A DNA stretch of 58,469 bases from Clostridia bacterium (GTDB taxonomy: Bacteria > Bacillota > Sulfobacillia > SLMV01). The notes beneath the pieces were generated by a model. It made no database searches and was not told where the DNA came from. It saw nothing but the letters and a program-made list of their open reading frames with translations. Shown here piece by piece: positions 28,331 through 37,627 of this stretch (the first letter of the stretch is position 1; each line of letters starts with the position of its first letter). The stretch is taken from positions 1 through 58,469 of the forward strand of contig PUMD01000031.1 of assembly GCA_003551215.1 (NCBI GenBank), given 5' to 3'. The position numbers were made by a program, and so were the translations under genes.

Positions 28331-29723
28331 GCGAGATGATCGCTGGGAAAAGGTTGCAATGGAAGAGCTGCCGGCCGATGAGAGGGTCAAGGGTTTTCAA
28401 GAAGTAGCCCTTGGCTATACAGCCGAAGAGATGCTGAAGGAAGCGGAGCGCTGCCTGGGCTGCAAGGTGCCTCAGTGTGAGGATGGCTGTCCGGTAGATG
28501 TTCCCATCGGGGCTTTCATAGAGAAGACAGTGGAAGGTGATCTGCAAGAGGCGGCCCGCCTGATTCTTTCCACAAACAGCCTGCCTGCTATCTGCGGTCG
28601 CGTATGTCCGCAGGAGGAGCAGTGTGAGCTAGAGTGCGTGATGGGAAAGCGCGGCGATTCGATAGCAATCGGGCGACTGGAGAGGTACATAGCCGATTGG
28701 GCCATGGAACAGGGCCTGGACTTCACCGAAGTGTCAGAATCGAAGGGGAAAAGGGTCGCCGTTGTGGGCTCAGGACCGGCCGGGCTCACTGCCGCTGGAG
28801 ACCTGGCACGTATGGGCTATGATGTAACGATATACGAAGCATTCCACGTTCCCGGCGGTGTGTTGATGTACGGGATCCCCGAGTTCCGTCTTCCCAACGA
28901 ACTAGTTCAGGAAGAGATTGAAAACCTCAGAGAGTTGGGTGTGCAGATAGAGACGAATGTGATCGTGGGAAAGACGATCACTGTCGATGAAATGTTCGAT
29001 GAGATGGGCTTTGAGGCTGTGTTCATTGGTTCGGGTGCTGGGCTGCCTACATTCCTGGGACTTCCCGGCGAGAACCTTCTCGGGGTATACTCGGCCAACG
29101 AGTTTTTGACCCGCATAAATCTCATGAATGCGGACAAATTCCCTGAATATGACACTCCAGTCAGAGTGGGAGATAAGGTGGCCGTCATAGGTGCGGGAAA
29201 CACGGCGATGGACGCTGCGCGCACATCGCTGCGGGCAGGTGCCCAAGAGGTACACATAGTCTACAGGCGTTCGGAAGATGAAATGACAGCGCGTATTGAA
29301 GAATACCATCACGCCATCGAAGAGGGAATCAATTTCAACTGGTTGACCAATCCAGTCGAATTTCTGGGCGACGAGGAGGGATGGCTGCGGGCCATGAGAG
29401 TTGTAGAGATGGAACTTGGTGAACCCGATGCTTCTGGCAGGCCCCGTCCCATCCCCATAGAGGGTTCCGAATTTGAAATAGAAGTTGACACAGTAATTAT
29501 GGCCGTTGGTACCAGTCCCAACCCGGTAGTATCAAGCGCTACTCCAGGTCTCGATACGCATTTTTGGGGCGGTATCATTGTCGACGAGGAAACTGGAGAA
29601 ACCACCCGAGAGGGAGTATTCGCAGGTGGTGATGCGGTTACCGGAGCAGCAACGGTAATCCAGGCCATGGGAGCAGGGAAAACAGCGGCCCGCGCTATGG
29701 ACGAGTATCTGCAGGACGACTGA
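28323..29723 (+). CDS. nfnB: NfnB/SudA-type (GltD-like) NADPH-dependent flavoprotein subunit
   Basis: EAERCLGCK...C...CP, ICGRVCPQEEQCE, GSGPAGL, YGIPEFRLP, GAGNTAMD and FAGGDAVTG motifs; translationally coupled to nfnA; no gltB nearby. Confidence 0.88.
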   Translation: MAERDDRWEKVAMEELPADERVKGFQEVALGYTAEEMLKEAERCLGCKVPQCEDGCPVDVPIGAFIEKTVEGDLQEAARLILSTNSLPAICGRVCPQEEQCELECVMGKRGDSIAIGRLERYIADWAMEQGLDFTEVSESKGKRVAVVGSGPAGLTAAGDLARMGYDVTIYEAFHVPGGVLMYGIPEFRLPNELVQEEIENLRELGVQIETNVIVGKTITVDEMFDEMGFEAVFIGSGAGLPTFLGLPGENLLGVYSANEFLTRINLMNADKFPEYDTPVRVGDKVAVIGAGNTAMDAARTSLRAGAQEVHIVYRRSEDEMTARIEEYHHAIEEGINFNWLTNPVEFLGDEEGWLRAMRVVEMELGEPDASGRPRPIPIEGSEFEIEVDTVIMAVGTSPNPVVSSATPGLDTHFWGGIIVDEETGETTREGVFAGGDAVTGAATVIQAMGAGKTAARAMDEYLQDD

Positions 29724-29787
29724 GTTGGCCATCGCAGGGATTACGGATTGATCCGAAATCCCTGATCACAACCAGGGAGGAGATCAT

Positions 29788-30645
29788 ATGTCTGCTGAAA
29801 GAATTGACGGAAAGAAAGCGGCAGCAGATCTTCGCAAGGAGATCGGCGCGGAAGTCAAGAAATTGAAGGAGGAGCACGGGGTTACTCCCGGGCTGGCTGT
29901 TGTGCTGGTCGGAGAGGACCCGGCTTCACAGGTTTACGTCCGCAACAAGCACCGTGCATGCAAAAACGCGGGAATCGAATCACGGGATATTCGTCTTCCC
30001 GAGGACACCCCTCACAGCGAAGTGGTAGCAAAGGTCAAGGAACTAAACGAAGATCCCCAAGTCCACGGAATACTGGTACAGCTTCCCACCCCTGAGCAGG
30101 TTGACGATGAAGAAATAATCAACACCATAGCTCCCGAAAAGGATGTTGACGGATTCCATCCGGTCAACATGGGTAAACTGCTGTCCGGCCAGCCGGAGAT
30201 GGTACCCTGTACTCCCAAAGGGGTAATGCACCTGTTGGATGTCACCGGCGTTGAGCTGGAAGGCAAGGAAGCCACAATAGTAGGCAGAAGTAACATAGTT
30301 GGCAAACCGCAGGCCATGCTTCTTCTTTATGAGCACTGCACCGTCACAATGTGCCACTCGCGCACTAGGGACCTGTCCGAGCACACCTCCCGGGCGGATA
30401 TCCTGGTCTCTGCTGTTGGAGTGCCGGGGTTGATCACTGCCGATATGGTCAAGGAAGGAGCGGTGGTTATTGACGTGGGCATCAACCGTCTGGATGATGG
30501 CTCACTGGCCGGAGATGTTGCCTATGATGAGGTCAAGGAAGTCGCCGGTGCCGTCACTCCGGTTCCGGGTGGAGTTGGCCCGATGACGATAGCAATGCTG
30601 CTGCGCAACACCCTGGAGGCAACGAAACGCTCGCTTGAACACTGA
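29788..30645 (+). CDS. folD: Bifunctional methylenetetrahydrofolate dehydrogenase/cyclohydrolase
   Basis: [33 protein letters not shown] and [11 protein letters not shown] motifs. Confidence 0.97.
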   Translation: MSAERIDGKKAAADLRKEIGAEVKKLKEEHGVTPGLAVVLVGEDPASQVYVRNKHRACKNAGIESRDIRLPEDTPHSEVVAKVKELNEDPQVHGILVQLPTPEQVDDEEIINTIAPEKDVDGFHPVNMGKLLSGQPEMVPCTPKGVMHLLDVTGVELEGKEATIVGRSNIVGKPQAMLLLYEHCTVTMCHSRTRDLSEHTSRADILVSAVGVPGLITADMVKEGAVVIDVGINRLDDGSLAGDVAYDEVKEVAGAVTPVPGGVGPMTIAMLLRNTLEATKRSLEH

Positions 30646-30682
30646 GAGTGATTTAGCGCAATGACGAGGGGGTGAAGAGGCA

Positions 30683-31918
30683 GTGCCCCAACTGGACAGT
30701 ATCGACGGTCAGCAGGTGAGGGTTTGGACAGTCTCTGAGCTGACTGCTGAGATACGCGACACACTATTCTCCAGGCCTGAACTGAGGCAACTGTGGGTGG
30801 CTGGCGAAGTGTCAAATATGAGCACGCCAGCTTCTGGGCACTGTTACTTCACCCTCAAAGATTCATCATCTTCTATAAGATGCGTCATGTTTCGCAGGCA
30901 TGCCAGCAGTCTTACTTTCGAGCTGGACGACGGCATGGATGTGGTGGCGTTCGGCAACATCGATGTTTACGAGCGGCACGGACAGTATCAGTTGTATGTC
31001 AGGGAAGTGGAACCCTCTGGAGTGGGTTCACTTTATATCGCCTTTCAGCAGCTTCGCCATCGATTGACGGAAGAAGGCTTGTTTGATGCAGAGAGAAAGA
31101 GACCGCTGCCTGCTATGCCGCAGAATGTTGGGGTGGTCACTTCCCGCTACTCGGCCGCCTTCAGGGACATTGTTAAGGTGATACAGCGTCGTGATCCCGG
31201 GTGCAATATTCTGCTCAGCCACTCAACCGTGCAGGGGGATTCCGCCCCCGCGCAGCTGGTATCAGCACTGCATCTTGTGCAGCGCTGCGAGGAAGTTGAA
31301 GTAATCATTATCGCCCGTGGGGGAGGTAGTCTTGAGGACCTGCAGCCATTCAATGATGAGGAGGTAGTCCGGGCAGTTGTCCAGTCTTCGGTTCCGATTG
31401 TAGCCGGCGTGGGGCATGAGACGGATGTGACGCTTTGCGGGCTGGCAGCAGACTCCCGTGCTGCCACCCCCTCTGCTGCAGCTGAACTGGTCGTCACTGA
31501 CCGCAAGCAGGTTGCAGCAGATCTGTGTTCAGTCTCAGCCAAGATCGTCAGGCGGCTTGAGCGGCTAATACTTGATAAACGAGCCCGGCTGAAAGGAATA
31601 TTATCCCGCCGCTCGCTTCAGCGCCCCGAGGATATCCTGACCGGACGCAGGCAGACGCTGGATGCGCTTGCAGACAGTATTATGAGCTCGCAGAAACACA
31701 ACGTGAGGGACCACCGTCACCGTGTGGTGACATTGACACAAAGGCTGCAAGCCCTCAATCCTGCTTCCGTTCTCCGTCGTGGATACAGTATAGTTCGAGA
31801 CGACAGCGGGCAAGTATTGCGCAATGCCGAAGACGTAGAGGTATCGGACCACATTCTTATTGAGCTGCAAAACGGAGAACTGGATGCAGAGGTGCTGCGA
31901 ACTCATCACAAGCAGTAA
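30683..31918 (+). CDS. xseA: Exodeoxyribonuclease VII large subunit
   Basis: GEVSN, SGHCYFTLKD, ARGGGSLEDL, GVGHETD and ATPSAAAE motifs. Confidence 0.96.
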   Translation: MPQLDSIDGQQVRVWTVSELTAEIRDTLFSRPELRQLWVAGEVSNMSTPASGHCYFTLKDSSSSIRCVMFRRHASSLTFELDDGMDVVAFGNIDVYERHGQYQLYVREVEPSGVGSLYIAFQQLRHRLTEEGLFDAERKRPLPAMPQNVGVVTSRYSAAFRDIVKVIQRRDPGCNILLSHSTVQGDSAPAQLVSALHLVQRCEEVEVIIIARGGGSLEDLQPFNDEEVVRAVVQSSVPIVAGVGHETDVTLCGLAADSRAATPSAAAELVVTDRKQVAADLCSVSAKIVRRLERLILDKRARLKGILSRRSLQRPEDILTGRRQTLDALADSIMSSQKHNVRDHRHRVVTLTQRLQALNPASVLRRGYSIVRDDSGQVLRNAEDVEVSDHILIELQNGELDAEVLRTHHKQ

Positions 31919-31948
31919 GGTTCAACTCCCCCAGCGAGGTGAGGGAAC

Positions 31949-32227
31949 TTGCAAAAGCAGCCGCATGAGCAGGCCGATTGCGCCAAAAAGGATGCTGAGT
32001 TGGATTTTGAAAAGTCTCTTCAGAGGCTCGAGGAGATTGCAGATGTTCTCGATTCGGGTAACATAAGCTTGGAGAAATCTCTTCAGCTCTTCGAAGAAGG
32101 GATGGACCTGGTGAAGACCTGCCAGAGAATACTGGATGAGGCAGAAGGCAAGATACAGGAGTTGATTGAACTCAATGAGGATACCATGGACCGCATCTCG
32201 TTGGAAGACGAATCGTTTCATCAGTGA
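31949..32227 (+). CDS. xseB: Exodeoxyribonuclease VII small subunit
   Basis: FEKSLQRLEEI...SLEKSLQLFEEG...CQRILDEAE. Confidence 0.95.
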   Translation: MQKQPHEQADCAKKDAELDFEKSLQRLEEIADVLDSGNISLEKSLQLFEEGMDLVKTCQRILDEAEGKIQELIELNEDTMDRISLEDESFHQ

Positions 32228-32257
32228 AACAACAGGCGTCAGCGTGGTGGCCTCTGT

Positions 32258-33160
32258 ATGAGCGAAATGCCGATCCCCGAAGCACACCCGCCCAAGTGCG
32301 TATCTGAATTGAGACCTGTTGTCGAGGAGCAGCTGTGCCGGTGGCTTCCATCAGCAGACGATGTGCCTGCACGTCTGGCTGAAGCGATGCACTACAGCGT
32401 TTTCAGCGGAGGCAAGAGGATCAGACCGATACTCGCCCTGCTCAGCTGCCGGATGATCTCCTCGGATACGGCTCCTGCATTGCCGGCTGCCTGTGCCGTG
32501 GAGTTTATTCACACCTATTCGTTGATTCATGATGATCTTCCATGTATGGATGATGATGACGTGCGCCGCGGCAAGCCCACATGCCACGTGGCTTTTGGCG
32601 AGGCACTGGCGGTGCTGGCAGCAGACGGTCTGCAGGCTTTGGCATACGAAGTCCTCAGCCGCGCTGATTATCCGCCCGGGCCCGCAGTGAAAATGGTGAG
32701 GGAGCTGTCCTCAGCTTCTGGTCCTTCAGGCATGGTAGGAGGGCAGGTAATGGATATAAGTCAGTCGAACCGGAAGGCTGCTCCTGAGGAGCTTCGTGCC
32801 CTGCATGCAGCCAAGACGGGGGCCCTCATACGTGCTTCGGTAAACGTGGGAGCAATTGCAGCCGGGGCGACCGATGAGCAACTGCAGCACCTTGACGAGT
32901 ATGGCAGGCAATTCGGCCTGGCTTTTCAGATCACAGATGACATTCTTGATGTGGTCGGAGATCCCGAAAAGACCGGGCGTTACCGTGGTTCGGACCAGCA
33001 ATCAGACCGCTTCACCTATCCCCGCCTGTATGGAGTGAAGCGCTCTCGTCAGAAAGCCCGTGCTGCCGTAGAAAGGGGCAGAGAAGCATTACGCTGTTTT
33101 GGCAGCAGGTCAGACGAGCTTGTGAATCTGCTTGAGTTTGTTATTGCCCGGGACAGGTGA
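32258..33160 (+). CDS. ispA: Farnesyl/geranylgeranyl diphosphate synthase
   Basis: GGKRIRP, HTYSLIHDDLPCMDDDDVRRGKP, GGQVMD, KTG and FQITDDILD motifs. Confidence 0.95.
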   Translation: MSEMPIPEAHPPKCVSELRPVVEEQLCRWLPSADDVPARLAEAMHYSVFSGGKRIRPILALLSCRMISSDTAPALPAACAVEFIHTYSLIHDDLPCMDDDDVRRGKPTCHVAFGEALAVLAADGLQALAYEVLSRADYPPGPAVKMVRELSSASGPSGMVGGQVMDISQSNRKAAPEELRALHAAKTGALIRASVNVGAIAAGATDEQLQHLDEYGRQFGLAFQITDDILDVVGDPEKTGRYRGSDQQSDRFTYPRLYGVKRSRQKARAAVERGREALRCFGSRSDELVNLLEFVIARDR

Positions 33161-33279
33161 TACAGCACTGTACTGGACAGGTGCAGAGTCCTCTGTTACG
33201 ATTAGCATCGGATAAACACCATGATGATAAGCTCCGGTGGTATTTTACTCTTATGATTTGGTCAACATTTACCGCCCAT

Positions 33280-33847
33280 CTGCTCTGGGGCGGGGAGCAG
33301 TATCCTAGTCGGTTTCGCAGTGTCTCAAAACGGGCCTAAAAACCCGTTTCGGGCACATCGATGAAGCCTGTGGTGCTGGCTGCTGACGCCCAGTCAGGAG
33401 CTTGTGCTGGAGGAAAGTGAGCTGGGGAGCCCTGCAATGGCATGCAGGCTCCTTCCCTAGTTCATGCTGAGGCCCGGTTGCGTGGTTGGTCAGTTCTCGC
33501 ACTGCTGCTACGGGCCGGGGACAACCTGCATGCGGGATGACTGTGTGCAGCGTAGCCCGTCCTGAGTGAAGTGCGGTGGAGGTTTGTGCATATTGCTGAA
33601 ACCGTCTTTGCAAAAAGGACTAGGACACCGGCGAGCTGTTGAGGAAAACTCCTAGGCTGCTCACCTGCGTGAGGCTCAGCGGGGATTGAAGTGTGTGCTG
33701 AGTGGCGATCCAGTTTCGGCCCCGGTGACGGACCGAGGTGGAACCTAAGGGGTAACCGTTGCCCGGCAACGGGCAGTGTTCCACCGGGAAATCCTACTGG
33801 ACCTAAGTCACAGGATTTACCCGCCAGGCTTCCCCGACCCAGAGCAG
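33280..33847 (+). ncRNA. ole: OLE RNA (ornate, large, extremophilic RNA)
   Basis: A ~570-nt stretch with no credible protein gene between ispA and oapA-dxs, the canonical OLE position. Closing helix 33280-33298/33828-33847; TCCTAGTC(33303)/GACTAGGA(33618) pairing; blocks recalled from the OLE consensus: CCTAAAAACCCG, GGGCACATCGATGAAG, GCAATGGCATGC, GCGTAGCC, TTGAGGAAAACTCCTAG, CTGAGTGGCGATCCAG and GGGAAATCCTACTGGACCTAAG. Confidence 0.9.
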
Positions 33848-33971
33848 CGGCTTTTGGGACTGCCGTATATACTGACGCAGGTAAGAGGCGAACACCTGCG
33901 ATTTTGTGTTATTATGCTGAGTGTGTCCCGCTGTTTGGATGTGTTGTGCTCAGACATGTACGTTTGGAGTG

Positions 33972-34562
33972 ATGCGATTGGCTGGGAGCCCCAACTCCAG
34001 GCACAGAAATTCTCTGCGCCGCGGCATGGCCTTTGCCCTTCTCAGTTTTGTTCTTACTGTAATCATAGTGGTGCCTTCCCGTCATGCAACTCAGCAGTTA
34101 AGCCTGGTTGGCGGACTGCTGGTCATAATTGTGGTGGTGTCATTGGGGGTGGTGGCGGACATGCTGGGGGTTGCAGCTGCAGCGGCTTCGGAAGCCCCCT
34201 TTCATGCTATGGCCGCCCGTAAGATAACCGGCGCCCGCCAGGCGTTGAAAATGGTGCAACATGCTGACCGCGTATCAACTCTTTTTGCTGATGTTATGGG
34301 GGATGTTGCTGGAACAGTAAGTGGGGCAGCCGCTGCTGCAGTAGTCCTGCGGTTTTTTGCCGTTGCTTCTGAGGTGGCTCCGCCCAGGACAATCGTGGAT
34401 GCACTAGTTGTAGCCCTGGCCGCCAGCCTGACTGTGGGAGGCAAGGCTGCTTGCAAGGAGCTGGCCCTCAGGAGATCCACCGATGTTCTGATGGTGGCAG
34501 GGAAGATTATGTGGTGGCTGGAGCACTACCTGCCAGTCTCTATACTGGAAGATGCAGACTGA
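33972..34562 (+). CDS. oapA: OLE-associated protein A (membrane protein)
   Basis: A ~196-aa multi-TM protein with GVVADMLGVA, EAPFHAMAARK, ADVMGDVAGTVSG (DxxxD) and SLTVGGKA; directly downstream of the OLE RNA. Confidence 0.88.
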   Translation: MRLAGSPNSRHRNSLRRGMAFALLSFVLTVIIVVPSRHATQQLSLVGGLLVIIVVVSLGVVADMLGVAAAAASEAPFHAMAARKITGARQALKMVQHADRVSTLFADVMGDVAGTVSGAAAAAVVLRFFAVASEVAPPRTIVDALVVALAASLTVGGKAACKELALRRSTDVLMVAGKIMWWLEHYLPVSILEDAD

Positions 34563-34691
34563 AGGTGATACGGTTAAAATAACGAGTTCGACCTGGGATG
34601 GGTTCAGCTGAATAGGGCATGTTGAATGCGGGTGACTTACTCTTCCGTTGCAGGGGTGATTTTTTAACACGACAAACACGGAGGGAAAAGG

Positions 34692-36587
34692 ATGGAAGGT
34701 AGCGGGCGAACACTGTTGGAGCAAATGGAATCACCTGATCAGCTGCGAGGCCTTCGGATGTCGGAGCTTGACCAGCTGGCAGAGGAAATCAGGCAGTGTA
34801 TTATAACCACTGTGACCGAGACAGGTGGACACTTGGCTTCCAGCCTCGGGGTGGTGGAGCTAACCTTGGCACTGCACCGGGTGTTTGACAGTCCCCACGA
34901 TCGCATAATCTGGGATGTTGGTCACCAGAGCTATGCTCACAAACTGGTGACCGGCAGACTGAAGGAATTCTCCACTCTCAGACAGCGAGACGGCCTGAGT
35001 GGTTTTCCCAAGCCCCAGGAAAGCCCGCACGACCCATTTGCTGCTGGTCATTCCAGCACATCTGTGGCCGCGGGCCTGGGTTTTGCAGTGGCAGAGAAAC
35101 TGCGACATGAGGACCGCGAAGTTGTGGCCGTTATAGGAGACGGGGCCCTGACTGCGGGTATGGCATATGAAGGTCTCAATACCGCAGGCCACCTTGCCCC
35201 GGATCTGGTTGTGGTCTTAAATGACAACAGTATGTCCATCGCTCCGAATGTTGGGGCAATGTCCAACTACCTCACTCGCCTGAGGTCAGAGCCAACCTAC
35301 CAGCGCGTCAAAGAGGATCTGAACGTCATTTTGCAGAACATACCCCGGGTGGGACGCCGCATGGCCGAGAGTCTTGAGCGGGTGAAGGGGAGTTTTAAAT
35401 ATTTGTTCATCCCGGGGATCATTTTTGAGGAACTGGGATTCACTTACCTGGGTCCGGTCAATGGTCATAACATTGAGACTCTGAGTCGTGTGCTTCAAAA
35501 AGCGCGAGATCTTACCGGTCCGGTTCTGGTTCATGCTGTCACTGTGAAAGGCAAGGGCTATCAGCCGGCGGAGACTGAGCCTTCCGAGTTTCATGGAGTA
35601 AGCGGTAACTCCACCGCCAGCTTCAGCCCGCCTGATGGTGCAATGAAATACAGTGAAGTTTTCTCCCGGACGATGGTGCGCCTGGCAGCCGATGACGACC
35701 GGGTAGTTGGCATAACGGCGGCAATGCCCGATGGTACCGGCCTGTCGCGATTAGCTGAGCAGATCCCCCAGCAGTATTTCGATGTCGGAATCGCTGAGCA
35801 GACAGCAGTAACATTCGCCGGCGGTCTGGCTGCAGCGGGATTCCGCCCGGTCGTAGCCATATATTCGACCTTCCTGCAGAGAGCTTACGATCAGGTGATT
35901 CACGACATCGCCCTGCAGGATTTACCAGTAGTGTTTGCCGTGGACAGAGCCGGTATCGTTGGAAAGGATGGCGAAACTCACCAGGGAGCTTTTGACCTGG
36001 CTTTTCTGCGTCACATCCCGAACATGACGGTAATGGCTCCGCGGAATGAAAACCAGCTGGCCCACATGCTGGCCACTGCCGTTGCCTACGATGATGGTCC
36101 GGTTGCAGTGCGTTACCCCCGTGGATATGGCTGGGGGGAGGCACTTCCGGAGCATCCCCGGCATCTCACCATAGGGAAGGGCGAGCTTTTAGCCGACGGC
36201 AACGACGTGGCCATCGTGGGAATCGGTCACGTAGTGACAGCTGCGGTTCAGGCAGCCGATATCCTGGCGCGGGAAGGGCTGTCGGTAGGCGTTGCCGATG
36301 CCCGTTTTGTCAAACCGCTGGATTGTCACCTCCTGCGCAGGATGGCAGCAAAGGTTAAGCTGTTGGTGACAGTTGAGGAAGGTTCAGCGCAGGGGGGATT
36401 CGGCAGCGCAGTACTGGAGATGTTGACCTCAGATATGGCTCCTTCCACGCTGCCGCGCATCCACCTGCATGGACTGCCCGATGAATTTATCCCGCACGGA
36501 GACCAGCAGGGTATGCGCATTGAATATGGTCTTGATGCGGTCAGCATCGCGGACAAAGTCCGGGGACTGCTCAACGGCGCACAGTGA
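34692..36587 (+). CDS. dxs: 1-deoxy-D-xylulose-5-phosphate synthase
   Basis: GGHLASSLG, WDVGHQSY, GDGALTAG, LNDN, FEELG, DVGIAEQ and DRAGIVGKDGETHQG motifs. Confidence 0.97.
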   Translation: MEGSGRTLLEQMESPDQLRGLRMSELDQLAEEIRQCIITTVTETGGHLASSLGVVELTLALHRVFDSPHDRIIWDVGHQSYAHKLVTGRLKEFSTLRQRDGLSGFPKPQESPHDPFAAGHSSTSVAAGLGFAVAEKLRHEDREVVAVIGDGALTAGMAYEGLNTAGHLAPDLVVVLNDNSMSIAPNVGAMSNYLTRLRSEPTYQRVKEDLNVILQNIPRVGRRMAESLERVKGSFKYLFIPGIIFEELGFTYLGPVNGHNIETLSRVLQKARDLTGPVLVHAVTVKGKGYQPAETEPSEFHGVSGNSTASFSPPDGAMKYSEVFSRTMVRLAADDDRVVGITAAMPDGTGLSRLAEQIPQQYFDVGIAEQTAVTFAGGLAAAGFRPVVAIYSTFLQRAYDQVIHDIALQDLPVVFAVDRAGIVGKDGETHQGAFDLAFLRHIPNMTVMAPRNENQLAHMLATAVAYDDGPVAVRYPRGYGWGEALPEHPRHLTIGKGELLADGNDVAIVGIGHVVTAAVQAADILAREGLSVGVADARFVKPLDCHLLRRMAAKVKLLVTVEEGSAQGGFGSAVLEMLTSDMAPSTLPRIHLHGLPDEFIPHGDQQGMRIEYGLDAVSIADKVRGLLNGAQ

Positions 36588-36670
36588 TGAATCTGCCGTG
36601 GGTAGCCTGAGTCTGGTTGTACAGGCTTGTGAGGAAATGGTTGACGTTTGGGAGAGGAGAGATGAGCGAT

Positions 36671-37558
36671 ATGGCATTTGATCTTTGCGGTGTTTATCCG
36701 CCGATATCCACACCATTTGTCGATGGAGAGGTCTCATATGATCACCTGGGGGCCAACGTTCGCAAATGGAATGAGACAGGCCTCAGCGGTCTGGTAGTAT
36801 TGGGGTCCAATGGGGAGTTCCCTCATCTGACCGAAGACGAGATGATGCGGGTCGTTGAGGTGGTAGCAGAGGAGCTTGCCGGCAAAAAGCACGTTGTCGT
36901 AGGGACCGGAGCTCCCGCCACTCACACCACGATCTCGCGAACCCTGCGCGCGCACGATGCCGGGGCTGAAGCGGTCATGGTGATTCCGCCTTACTACTAC
37001 CGCCCGCGGATGGGATACGATGAGCTTTTCAGTCATTACACCGAGGTAGCGGACAGCTCACCGGTTCCGGTGATACTTTACAACATGCCCGCCTTTGCTG
37101 GGCTGGCGCTTGCGGCAGACCTCATCATTGAACTGAGTCAGCATCCCAACATAGTCGGCGTCAAGGACAGCTCAGGAGACGTAACCCAGATGTCGCTGTG
37201 CGTGAGCAGCTGTTCTTCTGATTTTGGGGTTATGGCCGGTTCGGGCAGCTATCTTCTGCCGGGGCTGCTTATGGGATGCGCCGGGGGTGTAATGGCGCTG
37301 GCCAATGTAGCCCCTGATGAATGCGTGCAGCTTCACCGCATGGCCCGCGAGGGCAGATACGACGATGCGGTCGCGCTGCAGCAGCGGCTCATCCCGGTCA
37401 ATCAGGCTGTCACCTCCACCTACAGTATTCCCGGGCTGAAATACGCCATGGACCTGCGCGGATACTTCGGTGGCGAACCACGGAAACCCCTGCTTCCGCT
37501 GGATGAACAGGGACGGAGCGATATACGAAGAATCCTGCAGGAAGCGGACATGCTCTAG
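36671..37558 (+). CDS. DapA/NanA family class I aldolase (4-hydroxy-2-oxoglutarate aldolase-like)
   Basis: GVYPPISTPF, GSNGE (GTTGE in true DapA), PPYYY, LYNMP and the Schiff-base motif GVKDS. Confidence 0.85.
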   Translation: MAFDLCGVYPPISTPFVDGEVSYDHLGANVRKWNETGLSGLVVLGSNGEFPHLTEDEMMRVVEVVAEELAGKKHVVVGTGAPATHTTISRTLRAHDAGAEAVMVIPPYYYRPRMGYDELFSHYTEVADSSPVPVILYNMPAFAGLALAADLIIELSQHPNIVGVKDSSGDVTQMSLCVSSCSSDFGVMAGSGSYLLPGLLMGCAGGVMALANVAPDECVQLHRMAREGRYDDAVALQQRLIPVNQAVTSTYSIPGLKYAMDLRGYFGGEPRKPLLPLDEQGRSDIRRILQEADML

Positions 37559-37627
37559 CCTGTTTTCCGGCGGCCTACTGCATAACGAAGCTGGCCGGAC
37601 TGTTGTGCCTGAAAGGAGTGAGGCGTC

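Noticed and set aside
28323-29723. Glutamate synthase small subunit (gltD) call
   Set aside because: No gltB is adjacent and the gene is coupled to an NfnA-type subunit, so NfnAB is the better call.
33600-33850. RNase P RNA (rnpB), suggested by GAGGAAA and GGCAAC/GGTGAC hairpins
   Set aside because: It lacks the GAGGAAAGTCC and 3' AACCCGGCTTA P4 signatures; the motifs and the ispA/oapA context fit OLE RNA instead.
33157-34222. Short ORFs 33157-33339, 33305-33613, 33691-33972 and 33776-34222
   Set aside because: They overlap the OLE RNA or oapA and have no convincing RBS or recognisable protein features.
36671-37558. dapA (lysine biosynthesis) call
   Set aside because: It has GSNGE instead of GTTGE and there are no dapB, asd or lysC neighbours.
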